Below are positions 46,771 to 54,977 of a stretch of DNA of 64,000 bases, piece after piece. Position numbers and translations under genes: made by a program. The notes under the pieces were generated by a model, which saw only the letters and a program-made list of their open reading frames with translations, was not told the DNA's origin and did no database searches. The DNA comes from Dehalococcoidia bacterium (GTDB taxonomy: Bacteria > Chloroflexota > Dehalococcoidia > UBA2979). The stretch spans positions 672,001 to 736,000 of the forward strand of contig CAXXDN010000001.1 in assembly GCA_963667465.2 (NCBI GenBank). The letters are read 5' to 3'. How positions within the stretch are numbered: position 1 is the first letter of the stretch; each line of letters opens with the position of its first letter.

Positions 46771-47826
46771 CTAGACGGCCGCCGCGACGCGCTTTGCCGA
46801 TCCGGTCAGCTCCGCCATCAGGTGCATCGACTCAGCCGTGGTGTTGATCCCCATGTTGATCATCGTCACGCGCGAGTCCTCCCAGTCGCGGTAGCGCTCG
46901 CGGATGCGGTCGGGCGGCCCGACGAGGGCGATCTCGTCGCACAGCTCGTCGGGGACGGCCTCCTCCGCCTCCTGCTTGCGGCCGGAGAGGAACAGCTCCT
47001 GGATGCGCTCGGCGGCCTCGGCGTAGCCGAAACGGCGGACCTGGTCGTTGTGGAAGTTCATGTTGCGGGCGCCCATCCCGCCGACGTAGAGCGCGAGGTT
47101 CTCCTTCATCTTGTTGAGCCCCTCCTGCACGTCGTCGGTGACGATCACCTGCGTGGAGGATGCGATCTCGAAGTCGTCGCGGCTCTTGCCGGCGCGGCGC
47201 AGACCCTCGTCGATGTACTTCTCGTACTCGCCCAGGCGCTTCGGAGGACAGCGCGAGGTGACCCAGCCGTCGCCGAACTCGGCGGCGTTGCGCACGTTGA
47301 TCGGCCCCATCGCGCCGACGTAGATGGGCAGCCGGCGGGGATGCAGCACGGACTTGAGCGGCTTGCCGAGGCCGGTCGCATCCGGGCCGTCGTAGGGCAG
47401 CCGGTACTCCTCGCCGTCGAAGGCGAGCGGCTGCTCGCGGTCCCAGACCATGCGCATGATCTGCATGTACTCGGCGACGCGCTTCGCGGGCTTGCCGAAC
47501 GGCACGCCGTGCCAGCCCTCGATCACCTGCGGGCCGGAGAGCCCGATGCCGACACCGCGCACGCGGCCGCCGGAGAGCATGTCGATCGTGGTCATCGTGT
47601 TCGCCGCCAGCGCCGGGGAGCGCCCGTGCAGCTGCAGGATGTTGGTGCCAAGGCCGATCTTCTCCGTGTTCGCCGCGATCCAGGTCAGCGGCACGACCGC
47701 GTCGTGCCCCCAGATCTCCGCGCACCAGACCATGTCAAAGCCCAGATCCTCCGCCAGCTTGATCCGCTCCCAGGGGATATCGATCGATGTCGATCCAAGG
47801 TGTCCGAGTCCCAATGCCAGCTTCAT
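46771..47826 (-). CDS. LLM-class (F420-dependent type) oxidoreductase
   Basis: AEIWGHDA, LSGGR..GIGLSGPQVIEGWHG, GLGKPLK, LYVGGMG..NFH. Confidence 0.92.
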   Translation of the reverse strand: MKLALGLGHLGSTSIDIPWERIKLAEDLGFDMVWCAEIWGHDAVVPLTWIAANTEKIGLGTNILQLHGRSPALAANTMTTIDMLSGGRVRGVGIGLSGPQVIEGWHGVPFGKPAKRVAEYMQIMRMVWDREQPLAFDGEEYRLPYDGPDATGLGKPLKSVLHPRRLPIYVGAMGPINVRNAAEFGDGWVTSRCPPKRLGEYEKYIDEGLRRAGKSRDDFEIASSTQVIVTDDVQEGLNKMKENLALYVGGMGARNMNFHNDQVRRFGYAEAAERIQELFLSGRKQEAEEAVPDELCDEIALVGPPDRIRERYRDWEDSRVTMINMGINTTAESMHLMAELTGSAKRVAAAV

Positions 47827-47861
47827 GCGGGTTCCTTCCCGTCAGGCGCAGCCCGGCAACG

Positions 47862-49049
47862 TCAGGAGACGATGCCGGCCTCGCACAGCTCCTCGATTTG
47901 CTCGTTCGCGAGGCCCAGGTCGGCGGCCAGCACCTCGCTCGTGTGCTCGCCGTAGTCCGGGGCCAGCTCGATCGGGACCTCCGAGGCCGACATGCGGGCC
48001 GGCAGGCGCATCAGCTCGATCGTGCCGTACTCGGGGTGCTCGTGGTGCTCGAAGAGGCCGCGCTCGCAGAGGTGCGGGTCCGTCCGCAGGTCGCGGGTGG
48101 AGAGCACGGCGGTGCAGGGCACGCCGGCGGTGGCGAGGATGTGCATCGCCTCGTACTTGGTGCGCTGCAGCGTCCACTGCTCGACCTCGGCGTAGAGTTC
48201 GGCCTGGTGCTCGCGGCGGCTGGCGGCCGTCTCGAAGCGCGGGTCGGTCGCCAGGTCGGGGCGGTCGAGGGCGACGCAGAACGTGTCCCACATCCGCGAA
48301 GTCACCACGCAGATGTGCACGTAGTCGTTCGGCCCGTCCCCCTTCGAGGGGTAGACGTTCGTCGGTGCGCCCAGGCCGTTGCCGAGGCGCTGCGCCTCCC
48401 GATCCGTGCCCCAGGCCTCGCGGCCCATGGTCTTCATGAAGTAGGTCACGGCCTCCTGCATCGAGAGCTCGATCAGCTGCCCCTCGCCGGTGCGCTGTTG
48501 CTGCACGTAGGCGGAGACGATGGCGAGCGCCAGCTGCAGGCCCGTGCCGGTGTCGCCGTAGGAGGCCCCCGGCCGCATCGGCGGTCCGTCCGGCTCGCCG
48601 TTGATCGAGTAGGCGCCGCCCGCTGCCAGCGCGACACTGTCGAAGCACTTGTAGTCTGCGTACGGCCCGCTCAGCCCGAAGCCCTTGATGCGCGCGTAGA
48701 TGATCGAGGGGTTTCGCTCGCGCAGCGCCTCGTAGCCGATGTTCAGCTTCTCGATCACGCCCGGCCCGTAGTTCTCGACGAAGACGTCGAAGCGCGGCGC
48801 GAGATCGAGCAGCAGCTCGCGCCCGCGTTCGGTCGCGAGGTCGATCACGATGCTGCGCTTGTTGCTGTTGTAGTTGAGGAAGTACTGGGGTGGGCGGCCC
48901 TCGGTGGTCAGTCCGCGGCCGGGGTCGCCGATACCGGGCGGCTCCACCTTGACCACGTCGGCGCCCTGCCAGGCGAGGGCCTGGGTGCAGGACGTACCGG
49001 CCTCGTACTGCGTCATATCGAGGACGCGCATCCCGTCGAGTGCGGGCAT
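47862..49049 (-). CDS. Class III CoA-transferase, formyl-CoA transferase-like (start re-called at 49049)
   Basis: QYEAGTSCTQALAW, NSNKRS, YGDTGTG. Confidence 0.9.
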   Translation of the reverse strand: MPALDGMRVLDMTQYEAGTSCTQALAWQGADVVKVEPPGIGDPGRGLTTEGRPPQYFLNYNSNKRSIVIDLATERGRELLLDLAPRFDVFVENYGPGVIEKLNIGYEALRERNPSIIYARIKGFGLSGPYADYKCFDSVALAAGGAYSINGEPDGPPMRPGASYGDTGTGLQLALAIVSAYVQQQRTGEGQLIELSMQEAVTYFMKTMGREAWGTDREAQRLGNGLGAPTNVYPSKGDGPNDYVHICVVTSRMWDTFCVALDRPDLATDPRFETAASRREHQAELYAEVEQWTLQRTKYEAMHILATAGVPCTAVLSTRDLRTDPHLCERGLFEHHEHPEYGTIELMRLPARMSASEVPIELAPDYGEHTSEVLAADLGLANEQIEELCEAGIVS

Positions 49050-49170
49050 CGGGACGCCTCCTTCCGTGCAGCGGCGAGCCGGGGAGCGGCGCCGCCGCGT
49101 CGTCGTCGGCATCCTACCGCGCGCGGGCGAGGGGTGCAGCGGGGAGTTGCCCGGGGCCGGGTGCGGGGAG

Positions 49171-49557
49171 TCAGGCAGCGGGGATGCCGGTGCGCGCGAA
49201 GTCCTCGCCCTTGTACAGCAGCGGTTCCCCTGTGGCCTCGGCGAGCGCGTAGGAGAAGCAGTCGCCAAGGTTCAACGCGGCCGGGTGGTTGCCCCTGCCG
49301 AAACGCCGCCAGGCCCGGCGCGCTGCGCGCGCCTGCTCGATGGTTACCGGGACCAGTTCGATCGATGCCTCTTCGAGGTAGGCATCGAAAACAGGCCCGG
49401 CCCCGCTGCCTTCCCGGCCCTCAAGAACGATGGTCGCTTCGAGGAAGTTCGCGACAGACATGCGACAGACCGGATCCGCCACTATTGCTCTGTCGTAAAG
49501 GTCTGCATCGGCCTCGTCGAACAGGATTGCGATGATCGCCGACGTATCGACGATCAC
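49171..49557 (-). CDS. PIN-domain (VapC) toxin
   Basis: VIVDTSAIIAIL..E...HPAALNLGDCFSYALA...LLYKGEDF. Confidence 0.94.
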   Translation of the reverse strand: MIVDTSAIIAILFDEADADLYDRAIVADPVCRMSVANFLEATIVLEGREGSGAGPVFDAYLEEASIELVPVTIEQARAARRAWRRFGRGNHPAALNLGDCFSYALAEATGEPLLYKGEDFARTGIPAA

Positions 49558-49811
49558 TTCGGCAGACCCCGCTCGTCGTACAGCAGTTCGCCGTGATCGA
49601 TCGGCGGGCCGCCCGCGCGGAGACGCGCGGCGAGGGGTTTCGAGATGGCCCGCATTCTCCGGAGACGCTCTTCCATACTGCGTTGGTGCTGCTCGCGCTC
49701 CAGGCGCTCCTCGAGGGCGACCGTGATCGCGCCAGTCTTGGTCTCGCCGGTCAGTTGCGCCAGTTCGTCGGCCAATTGGCAAGTCCGCTCGTTCTTGATG
49801 TTGAGGCTCAC
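49554..49811 (-). CDS. VapB antitoxin (Rv0623-like)
   Basis: SLNIKN...LA..TGETKT.AI..AL.ERL...LYDERGLPK. Confidence 0.92.
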   Translation of the reverse strand: MSLNIKNERTCQLADELAQLTGETKTGAITVALEERLEREQHQRSMEERLRRMRAISKPLAARLRAGGPPIDHGELLYDERGLPK

Positions 49812-49824
49812 GGGCGTCCCCCAG

Positions 49825-49851
49825 GGTAGAAGTGTGGTCACTGTGTCTACC
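49825..49851. promoter_or_regulatory. Putative vapBC operator GGTAGA-N15-TCTACC
   Basis: Inverted repeat just upstream of the antitoxin start. Confidence 0.5.
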
Positions 49852-49949
49852 ATACATGGTCGTGCTGGAGGAGGCGCACGCCGCCCGCCCTCGTGAAGCG
49901 CCGCGGTGTGGCAGACTGCGCGGCGAGCGCGGGACGAGAGGGGCGCAGC

Positions 49950-50909
49950 GTGCAGTTCGGCATCCACATCATCGTCAACCACCTCACGCTCTCGCCCGCC
50001 GAGGTCGCCAGAGCCGTCGAGGATCGCGGCTTCGACTCGCTCTTCCTCGGCGAGCACACGCACATCCCAGTGCAGCGCGAGACGGCCTACATCGGCCTCG
50101 GCGACCGCACCGCGCCGCAGCCGGGCGAGGGCGCCGACGAGCTGCGCAAGCGCCGCCCGGACCTGCGCGCCAACTTCTGGTACCTCTACGACCCGTTCAT
50201 CGCCCTCGCCGCCGCCTCGGCCGTGACCGGGCAGATCAAGCTCGGCACCGCGATCTGCCTCATCCCGGAGCGCGACCCGATCACGCTTGCCCAGGAGATC
50301 GCGACCCTCGACCAGATCTCGGGCGGCCGCGTCATCATCGGCATCGGCAGCGGCTGGAACCGCGAGGAGATGGCCAACCACGGCGTCGCCTGGAAGGACC
50401 GCCACAAGGTCACGCGCGAGCGCGTCGAGGCGATGAGGGTGCTGTGGAGCGAGGAGGAGGCCGAGTACCACGGCGAGACGGTCGACTTCGATCCCGTCTG
50501 GTGCTACCCGAAGCCGGTGCAGGAGGGCGGCCCGCCGATCCTGATGGGCCAGAACAGCCCGCGGACCTTCGAGCGCATCGTGCGCTACTGCGACGGCTGG
50601 ATCCCCTACCGCATCCCGATCGGCGATCCCGACATCCTGCCCGCCATCGCCCGGCTGCGCCGAGAGTGGGCTGACGCCGGCCGCGACCCGGACGCGCTGC
50701 ATGTCAGTATGAACGGCCCCGCCATCCCACCCGCCGGCGACGACCCCACCGAGGCCGACTCCGCAGTCCTCGACGCCGCCGCCGCCGAGGCCGAGCGACT
50801 ACGCGAGGGGGGCGTCGACCGGCTGCTTTTCAACCTCGGCAGCCCCAAGCGCGACCTCGGCTACCCCACGCTCGACCGTTACGCCAGCTTCCTCAAGCGC
50901 ATCAGCTAG
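49950..50909 (+). CDS. LLM-class F420-dependent type oxidoreductase (Rv2161c-like)
   Basis: GEHTHIP, DPFIALA, LDQISGGR..GIG.GWNREEM..HG, PKPVQ. Confidence 0.9.
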   Translation: MQFGIHIIVNHLTLSPAEVARAVEDRGFDSLFLGEHTHIPVQRETAYIGLGDRTAPQPGEGADELRKRRPDLRANFWYLYDPFIALAAASAVTGQIKLGTAICLIPERDPITLAQEIATLDQISGGRVIIGIGSGWNREEMANHGVAWKDRHKVTRERVEAMRVLWSEEEAEYHGETVDFDPVWCYPKPVQEGGPPILMGQNSPRTFERIVRYCDGWIPYRIPIGDPDILPAIARLRREWADAGRDPDALHVSMNGPAIPPAGDDPTEADSAVLDAAAAEAERLREGGVDRLLFNLGSPKRDLGYPTLDRYASFLKRIS

Positions 50910-50929
50910 GCCGGGAGAGGACCACCGAG

Positions 50930-51736
50930 ATGCCGACTGCCCGCATCGACGACACGCTGGAGCTGCACTACGAGCTCGACGACTTCACGCCGCCCTGGGA
51001 GGGCGACGCGGAGGCAATCCTGCTCCACCACGGAGCGGGCAAGAGCGGGAAGCTCTGGTACTTCTGGGTGCCCGGTCTGGCCAGCGACTACCGCGTGATC
51101 CGCCCGGACGCGCGTGGCTTCGGCCACTCCTCGCCGATCCCCGAGGGCTACCGCTACAGCCTCAGCGGCCTCGCCAACGACCTGCGCCTGCTGCTCGACT
51201 CGCTTGGCATCGAGAAGACGCACCTCGTCGGGGAGACGGTCGGCGGGCCGGTCTGCCTGCAGTTCGCCTACGAGTACCCCGATCGCACGCACAGCCTCAC
51301 GCTCTGCGGCGCGCCCTACCGCCTCGACAGGCTGCCGGAGCACTTCCTGCACTCCGCCGAGATCATCCATGAGCAGGGTGTCGAGGCGTGGGCGACGGGC
51401 AACGGGGACCGCCGCTTCGGCGACAAGGCGGACCCGGAGCTGGTGCGCTGGTACCACCACGAGATGGGGAAGACCTCGGCACGCACGCTGATCGCGCTGT
51501 TCGACTACGTGCCGACGGTGGATCTGACGGACATCCTGCCGCACATCCGCGTGCCGACGCTGGTCTTCGCGGGCCTCGAGAGCGGCATCACGCCGCCGGA
51601 CGACTCGCGCTTCATCGCCGCGACGATCCCCGGCGCGCAGCTGGTGGAGATCGAGGGCGCGCCGACCCAGCTGCACATCACGCACCAGGACATCGCGCTG
51701 CCGAAGTTCCGGGAGTTCCTCGCCGGCCTCGACTGA
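50930..51736 (+). CDS. Alpha/beta-fold hydrolase with atypical nucleophile elbow
   Basis: LLHHG, DARGFGHS, LVGETVGG, I.VPTLV. Confidence 0.85.
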   Translation: MPTARIDDTLELHYELDDFTPPWEGDAEAILLHHGAGKSGKLWYFWVPGLASDYRVIRPDARGFGHSSPIPEGYRYSLSGLANDLRLLLDSLGIEKTHLVGETVGGPVCLQFAYEYPDRTHSLTLCGAPYRLDRLPEHFLHSAEIIHEQGVEAWATGNGDRRFGDKADPELVRWYHHEMGKTSARTLIALFDYVPTVDLTDILPHIRVPTLVFAGLESGITPPDDSRFIAATIPGAQLVEIEGAPTQLHITHQDIALPKFREFLAGLD

Positions 51737-51791
51737 TTCCGGCCAGTGCCTCGCGTCGCCTCGATCCGTGTGTAGCGCCTGCCGCGCGTCG

Positions 51792-53129
51792 CTACGAGGG
51801 CGAAGCGCCGCCGGCGTCGCCCTGGGCGACCGAAGCGCCGGCGGCGTCGCCCCGGGCGACGGGCAGAGAGGGTTTGACGGCCAGCCAGAAGAACAGCGCA
51901 CCGACCACCGCGGCGCAGGCCAGCACCATGAAGGCGCCCCGGTAGCTGCCCGTCGCGTCAAAGACCACGCCGGCGAAGATCGGCCCGAAGATCATTCCGA
52001 ACATGATCACGAGCGACGAGAAGCCCATGATCCTGCCGAAGGCCTTGCCTCCGAAGTAGTCGGCGCGCAGCGCCTGCATCGCCGGCACGCGCGCGCCCCA
52101 GCCGACGCCCGCGAGGATCCCGAAGATGATCAACATCCAGTAGGCGCTCGCCAGCGCCAGCACGACCAGGCTGACCGCCTGCGCGAGCAAAGCGCAGACG
52201 ATCATCAGTCGCTTGTTCGTCCGGTCCGCGAGGTAGCCGCCACCAAGCTGCCCGACCACCGTCGACACGGTCATCACGAGGATCACGAACGCGCCCTCGC
52301 TGAGCGTGAAGCCCAGCGAGGCGTTCGAGTAGAACTGGAAGTGCACGAAGATCACGCCGATCACGAGCGCCGCCATCCCGTGCCCGAGGGCGAGGAACCA
52401 GAACGCGCGGGTGCGCAGCGCCTGCTGGGTGGTGAAGTTGACCTCCTCGGGCGGTGTCTCGTACCCCGCTTCGCCGTCGCCCGGGCCGCCGTCGATCCGG
52501 TAGCCGTGATCCTCGGGGCGGTGGCGTATGGCGGCGGCGAGGGGGACGCCGATCGCGATGACGAGCAGGCCGGAGACGAAGGCGCCGGTACGCCAGCCGT
52601 ATTCCTCGAGCGCCGGGACGACGACGGGCTGCAGCAGCCCGCCCGCGGAGGTGCCCGTCATCAGCAGCGCCAGCGCCCACGCGCGGTGGCGATAGAACCA
52701 GTGCACCACCGCCACCGTCACGCCGAGGTGCGTGCCCAGGCTCGCTCCCACCGCGATCACGAGGTAGGCGCTGTAGAAGCCCTCGATCGAGTCGATGCGG
52801 CTGAGCAGCATGAAGCCGGCGCCGAAGATCAGCATCCCGACGATCATCACGCGCCGCGGCCCCCAGTTGTCGATCATCCAGCCCTGTGCCGGGCCGAGCA
52901 GCCCGCTCTCGACGCGCTGCATCGCGAAGGCGCCGGCAAGGGCCGCCCGGCTCCAGCCGAACTCGTCCCCGAGCAGCACGACGTAGGTGCCGAAGGCGTG
53001 GAAGAGCAGCGCGCCGTTGATCGTGTGCGTCCCGAAGCCGGCCGCGACGATCCACCAGCCGTAGAAGATCCGCTTGCGCCCTGTCGCGAGGTCCCGTGCC
53101 GCCTCGATGCGTGAGGCCAGCGTCGTCAC
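51792..53129 (-). CDS. MFS transporter (OFA/MCT-like)
   Basis: FYGWWIV, EFGWSR, PED.G, DYFG....G. Confidence 0.9.
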   Translation of the reverse strand: MTTLASRIEAARDLATGRKRIFYGWWIVAAGFGTHTINGALLFHAFGTYVVLLGDEFGWSRAALAGAFAMQRVESGLLGPAQGWMIDNWGPRRVMIVGMLIFGAGFMLLSRIDSIEGFYSAYLVIAVGASLGTHLGVTVAVVHWFYRHRAWALALLMTGTSAGGLLQPVVVPALEEYGWRTGAFVSGLLVIAIGVPLAAAIRHRPEDHGYRIDGGPGDGEAGYETPPEEVNFTTQQALRTRAFWFLALGHGMAALVIGVIFVHFQFYSNASLGFTLSEGAFVILVMTVSTVVGQLGGGYLADRTNKRLMIVCALLAQAVSLVVLALASAYWMLIIFGILAGVGWGARVPAMQALRADYFGGKAFGRIMGFSSLVIMFGMIFGPIFAGVVFDATGSYRGAFMVLACAAVVGALFFWLAVKPSLPVARGDAAGASVAQGDAGGASPS

Positions 53130-53280
53130 CGCGCCCGCCCGGCCCGCGCGACGCCTCGATCCGTACCAATCACCATGCCCGCAACTCTACAGGGCTGGCC
53201 GGTGCGTTCATCCCCGGCGTCTGGGCGCTGCCCGCTCCCTGCGGGAGCGGGCCAGGGTACCCGGCTGGCTGCCCGGGGTG

Positions 53281-53988
53281 TTACGCGGGCGCTCCCCAGT
53301 CGGCGGGCCCGTTCTCGGCGATCAGTTCGCCGTCCGCCAGCTCCAGCACGCGCCCGACGTGCTCGATCATCAGCGGGTCGTGGGTGGCGGTGATCACGGT
53401 CGTGCCTGCGGCGCTGATCGCCTGCAGCAGCTCGAAGATCTGCGCGCCGGTTGCCGAGTCCAGCTCGCCGGTCGGTTCGTCGGCGATGAGCAGCGGCGGG
53501 CTGTTCGCGATTGCCCGCGCGATGGCGACGCGCTGCTGTTCACCGCCGGACAGCTCGTAGGGGCGGTGGTCCGCGCGCGGCCCGAGGCCGACGAGGTCGA
53601 GCGCCTCGTTCGCTCGCTGCGCGGTGGCGCGGCCGTGCAGGCCGGCGATGCGCAGCGCCAGCTCCACGTTCTCGCGCGCGGAGAAGAGCGGCAGCAGGGC
53701 GAAGGACTGGAAGATGAAGCCGATGCTGTGGCGGCGCAGCTCGGTCAGCCGCGTCTCGCTCGCGCTGGAGATCTCCTCGCCGTCGAGGTGGACGCTGCCA
53801 CCATCGGGACGATCGAGGCCGGCGATCAGGTTGAGCAGCGTGGTCTTGCCGGAGCCGGAGCGCCCGCGCAGGGCGACGAACTCGCCGCGCTGCACCTGGA
53901 GCGTGACGTCGCGCACGGCGTGCACGACGGCGCCCGCGCCGCGGAAGCTGCGACTCACCTCGCGCACGTCGACGAGCGGCGTGCTCAT
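53281..53988 (-). CDS. ABC transporter ATP-binding protein (LolD/MacB-like)
   Basis: GRSGSGKT, LSGGEQQR, DEPTG. Confidence 0.93.
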   Translation of the reverse strand: MSTPLVDVREVSRSFRGAGAVVHAVRDVTLQVQRGEFVALRGRSGSGKTTLLNLIAGLDRPDGGSVHLDGEEISSASETRLTELRRHSIGFIFQSFALLPLFSARENVELALRIAGLHGRATAQRANEALDLVGLGPRADHRPYELSGGEQQRVAIARAIANSPPLLIADEPTGELDSATGAQIFELLQAISAAGTTVITATHDPLMIEHVGRVLELADGELIAENGPADWGAPA

Positions 53989-54977
53989 GGCGTCTCCGGC
54001 GGCGGCGCGGTGGGAGGCGTGGGCGGCGGCACGTTCGAGGGCGCGCGCGGCGGCGGCCCGGCGGCCGCGCCCTCGTCCGCGCGCACCTCGATGTGGTCGC
54101 CGACGAGGATCACGTGCGCGCGCCGCCCGAGGCCGAGCGCATCGGCGATGTCGCGCGGCACCTGGAGCCGCCCGCTGCGGTCGACCACGGCGTACTCGTC
54201 GACATCGGACTGCTCCTCGCGGGAGAAGCGCGTGCGGCGCACGATCTCGGCGCTCGTCTTGCCGTCGCGGAAGGCGACGACGCGGTGCACGCGCTCGATG
54301 ATCGAGGCGTCGTGGGTGACGATCACGATCGTCACGCCGGTCTGCTCGTTGAGCTGGGCGAAGACGTCGAAGACCTCGCCGGCGGTCGCGTTGTCCAGTT
54401 CGCCCGTCGGCTCGTCGGCGAGCAGCAGCGGGGGGTTGTTGGCGAGGGCGACGGCGATCGCGACGCGCTGCTGCTCGCCGCCGGAGAGCTGGTCGGGGCG
54501 GTTGCGCGTCTTGTCGCCCAGCCCGACGCGCTCCAGCAGGTCCGTTGCGCGCTCGCGCGCCGCGCCACGCGAGGCGCCCTCGATCATCAGCGGCATCTCG
54601 ATGTTCGCGCGCGCGCCCAGGTAGGGGATCAGGTTGCGCCCGGTCTGCTGCCAGACGAAGCCGACCTCCGAGCGGCGGTAGTCGACGAGTTCCTCGGCCG
54701 GCGTGGTCAGCAGATCGCGCCCGCCCACCTCCACCCGGCCGGCCGAGGGCTGATCGAGGCCGGCGAGGATGTTAAGCAGCGTGCTCTTGCCGGAGCCGGA
54801 GGCCCCGACGAGGGCCATCATCTCGCCGCGGTAGACCTCGAGGTCCAGGCCGCGCAGCGCGACGACCTCGAGTTCTTCGGACTTGTAGATCTTGAACACG
54901 TCCTCGCAGCGGATGTAGGGCTGCTCGACGGATGGAGCGAGGGGTGCGTCGCGCCCGCCGGGGCGTTCGGCGCTCAT
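53985..54977 (-). CDS. ABC transporter ATP-binding protein with C-terminal AbrB-like extension
   Basis: GASGSGKS, LSGGEQQR, DEPTG; VVDRSGRLQVP. Confidence 0.92.
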   Translation of the reverse strand: MSAERPGGRDAPLAPSVEQPYIRCEDVFKIYKSEELEVVALRGLDLEVYRGEMMALVGASGSGKSTLLNILAGLDQPSAGRVEVGGRDLLTTPAEELVDYRRSEVGFVWQQTGRNLIPYLGARANIEMPLMIEGASRGAARERATDLLERVGLGDKTRNRPDQLSGGEQQRVAIAVALANNPPLLLADEPTGELDNATAGEVFDVFAQLNEQTGVTIVIVTHDASIIERVHRVVAFRDGKTSAEIVRRTRFSREEQSDVDEYAVVDRSGRLQVPRDIADALGLGRRAHVILVGDHIEVRADEGAAAGPPPRAPSNVPPPTPPTAPPPETP

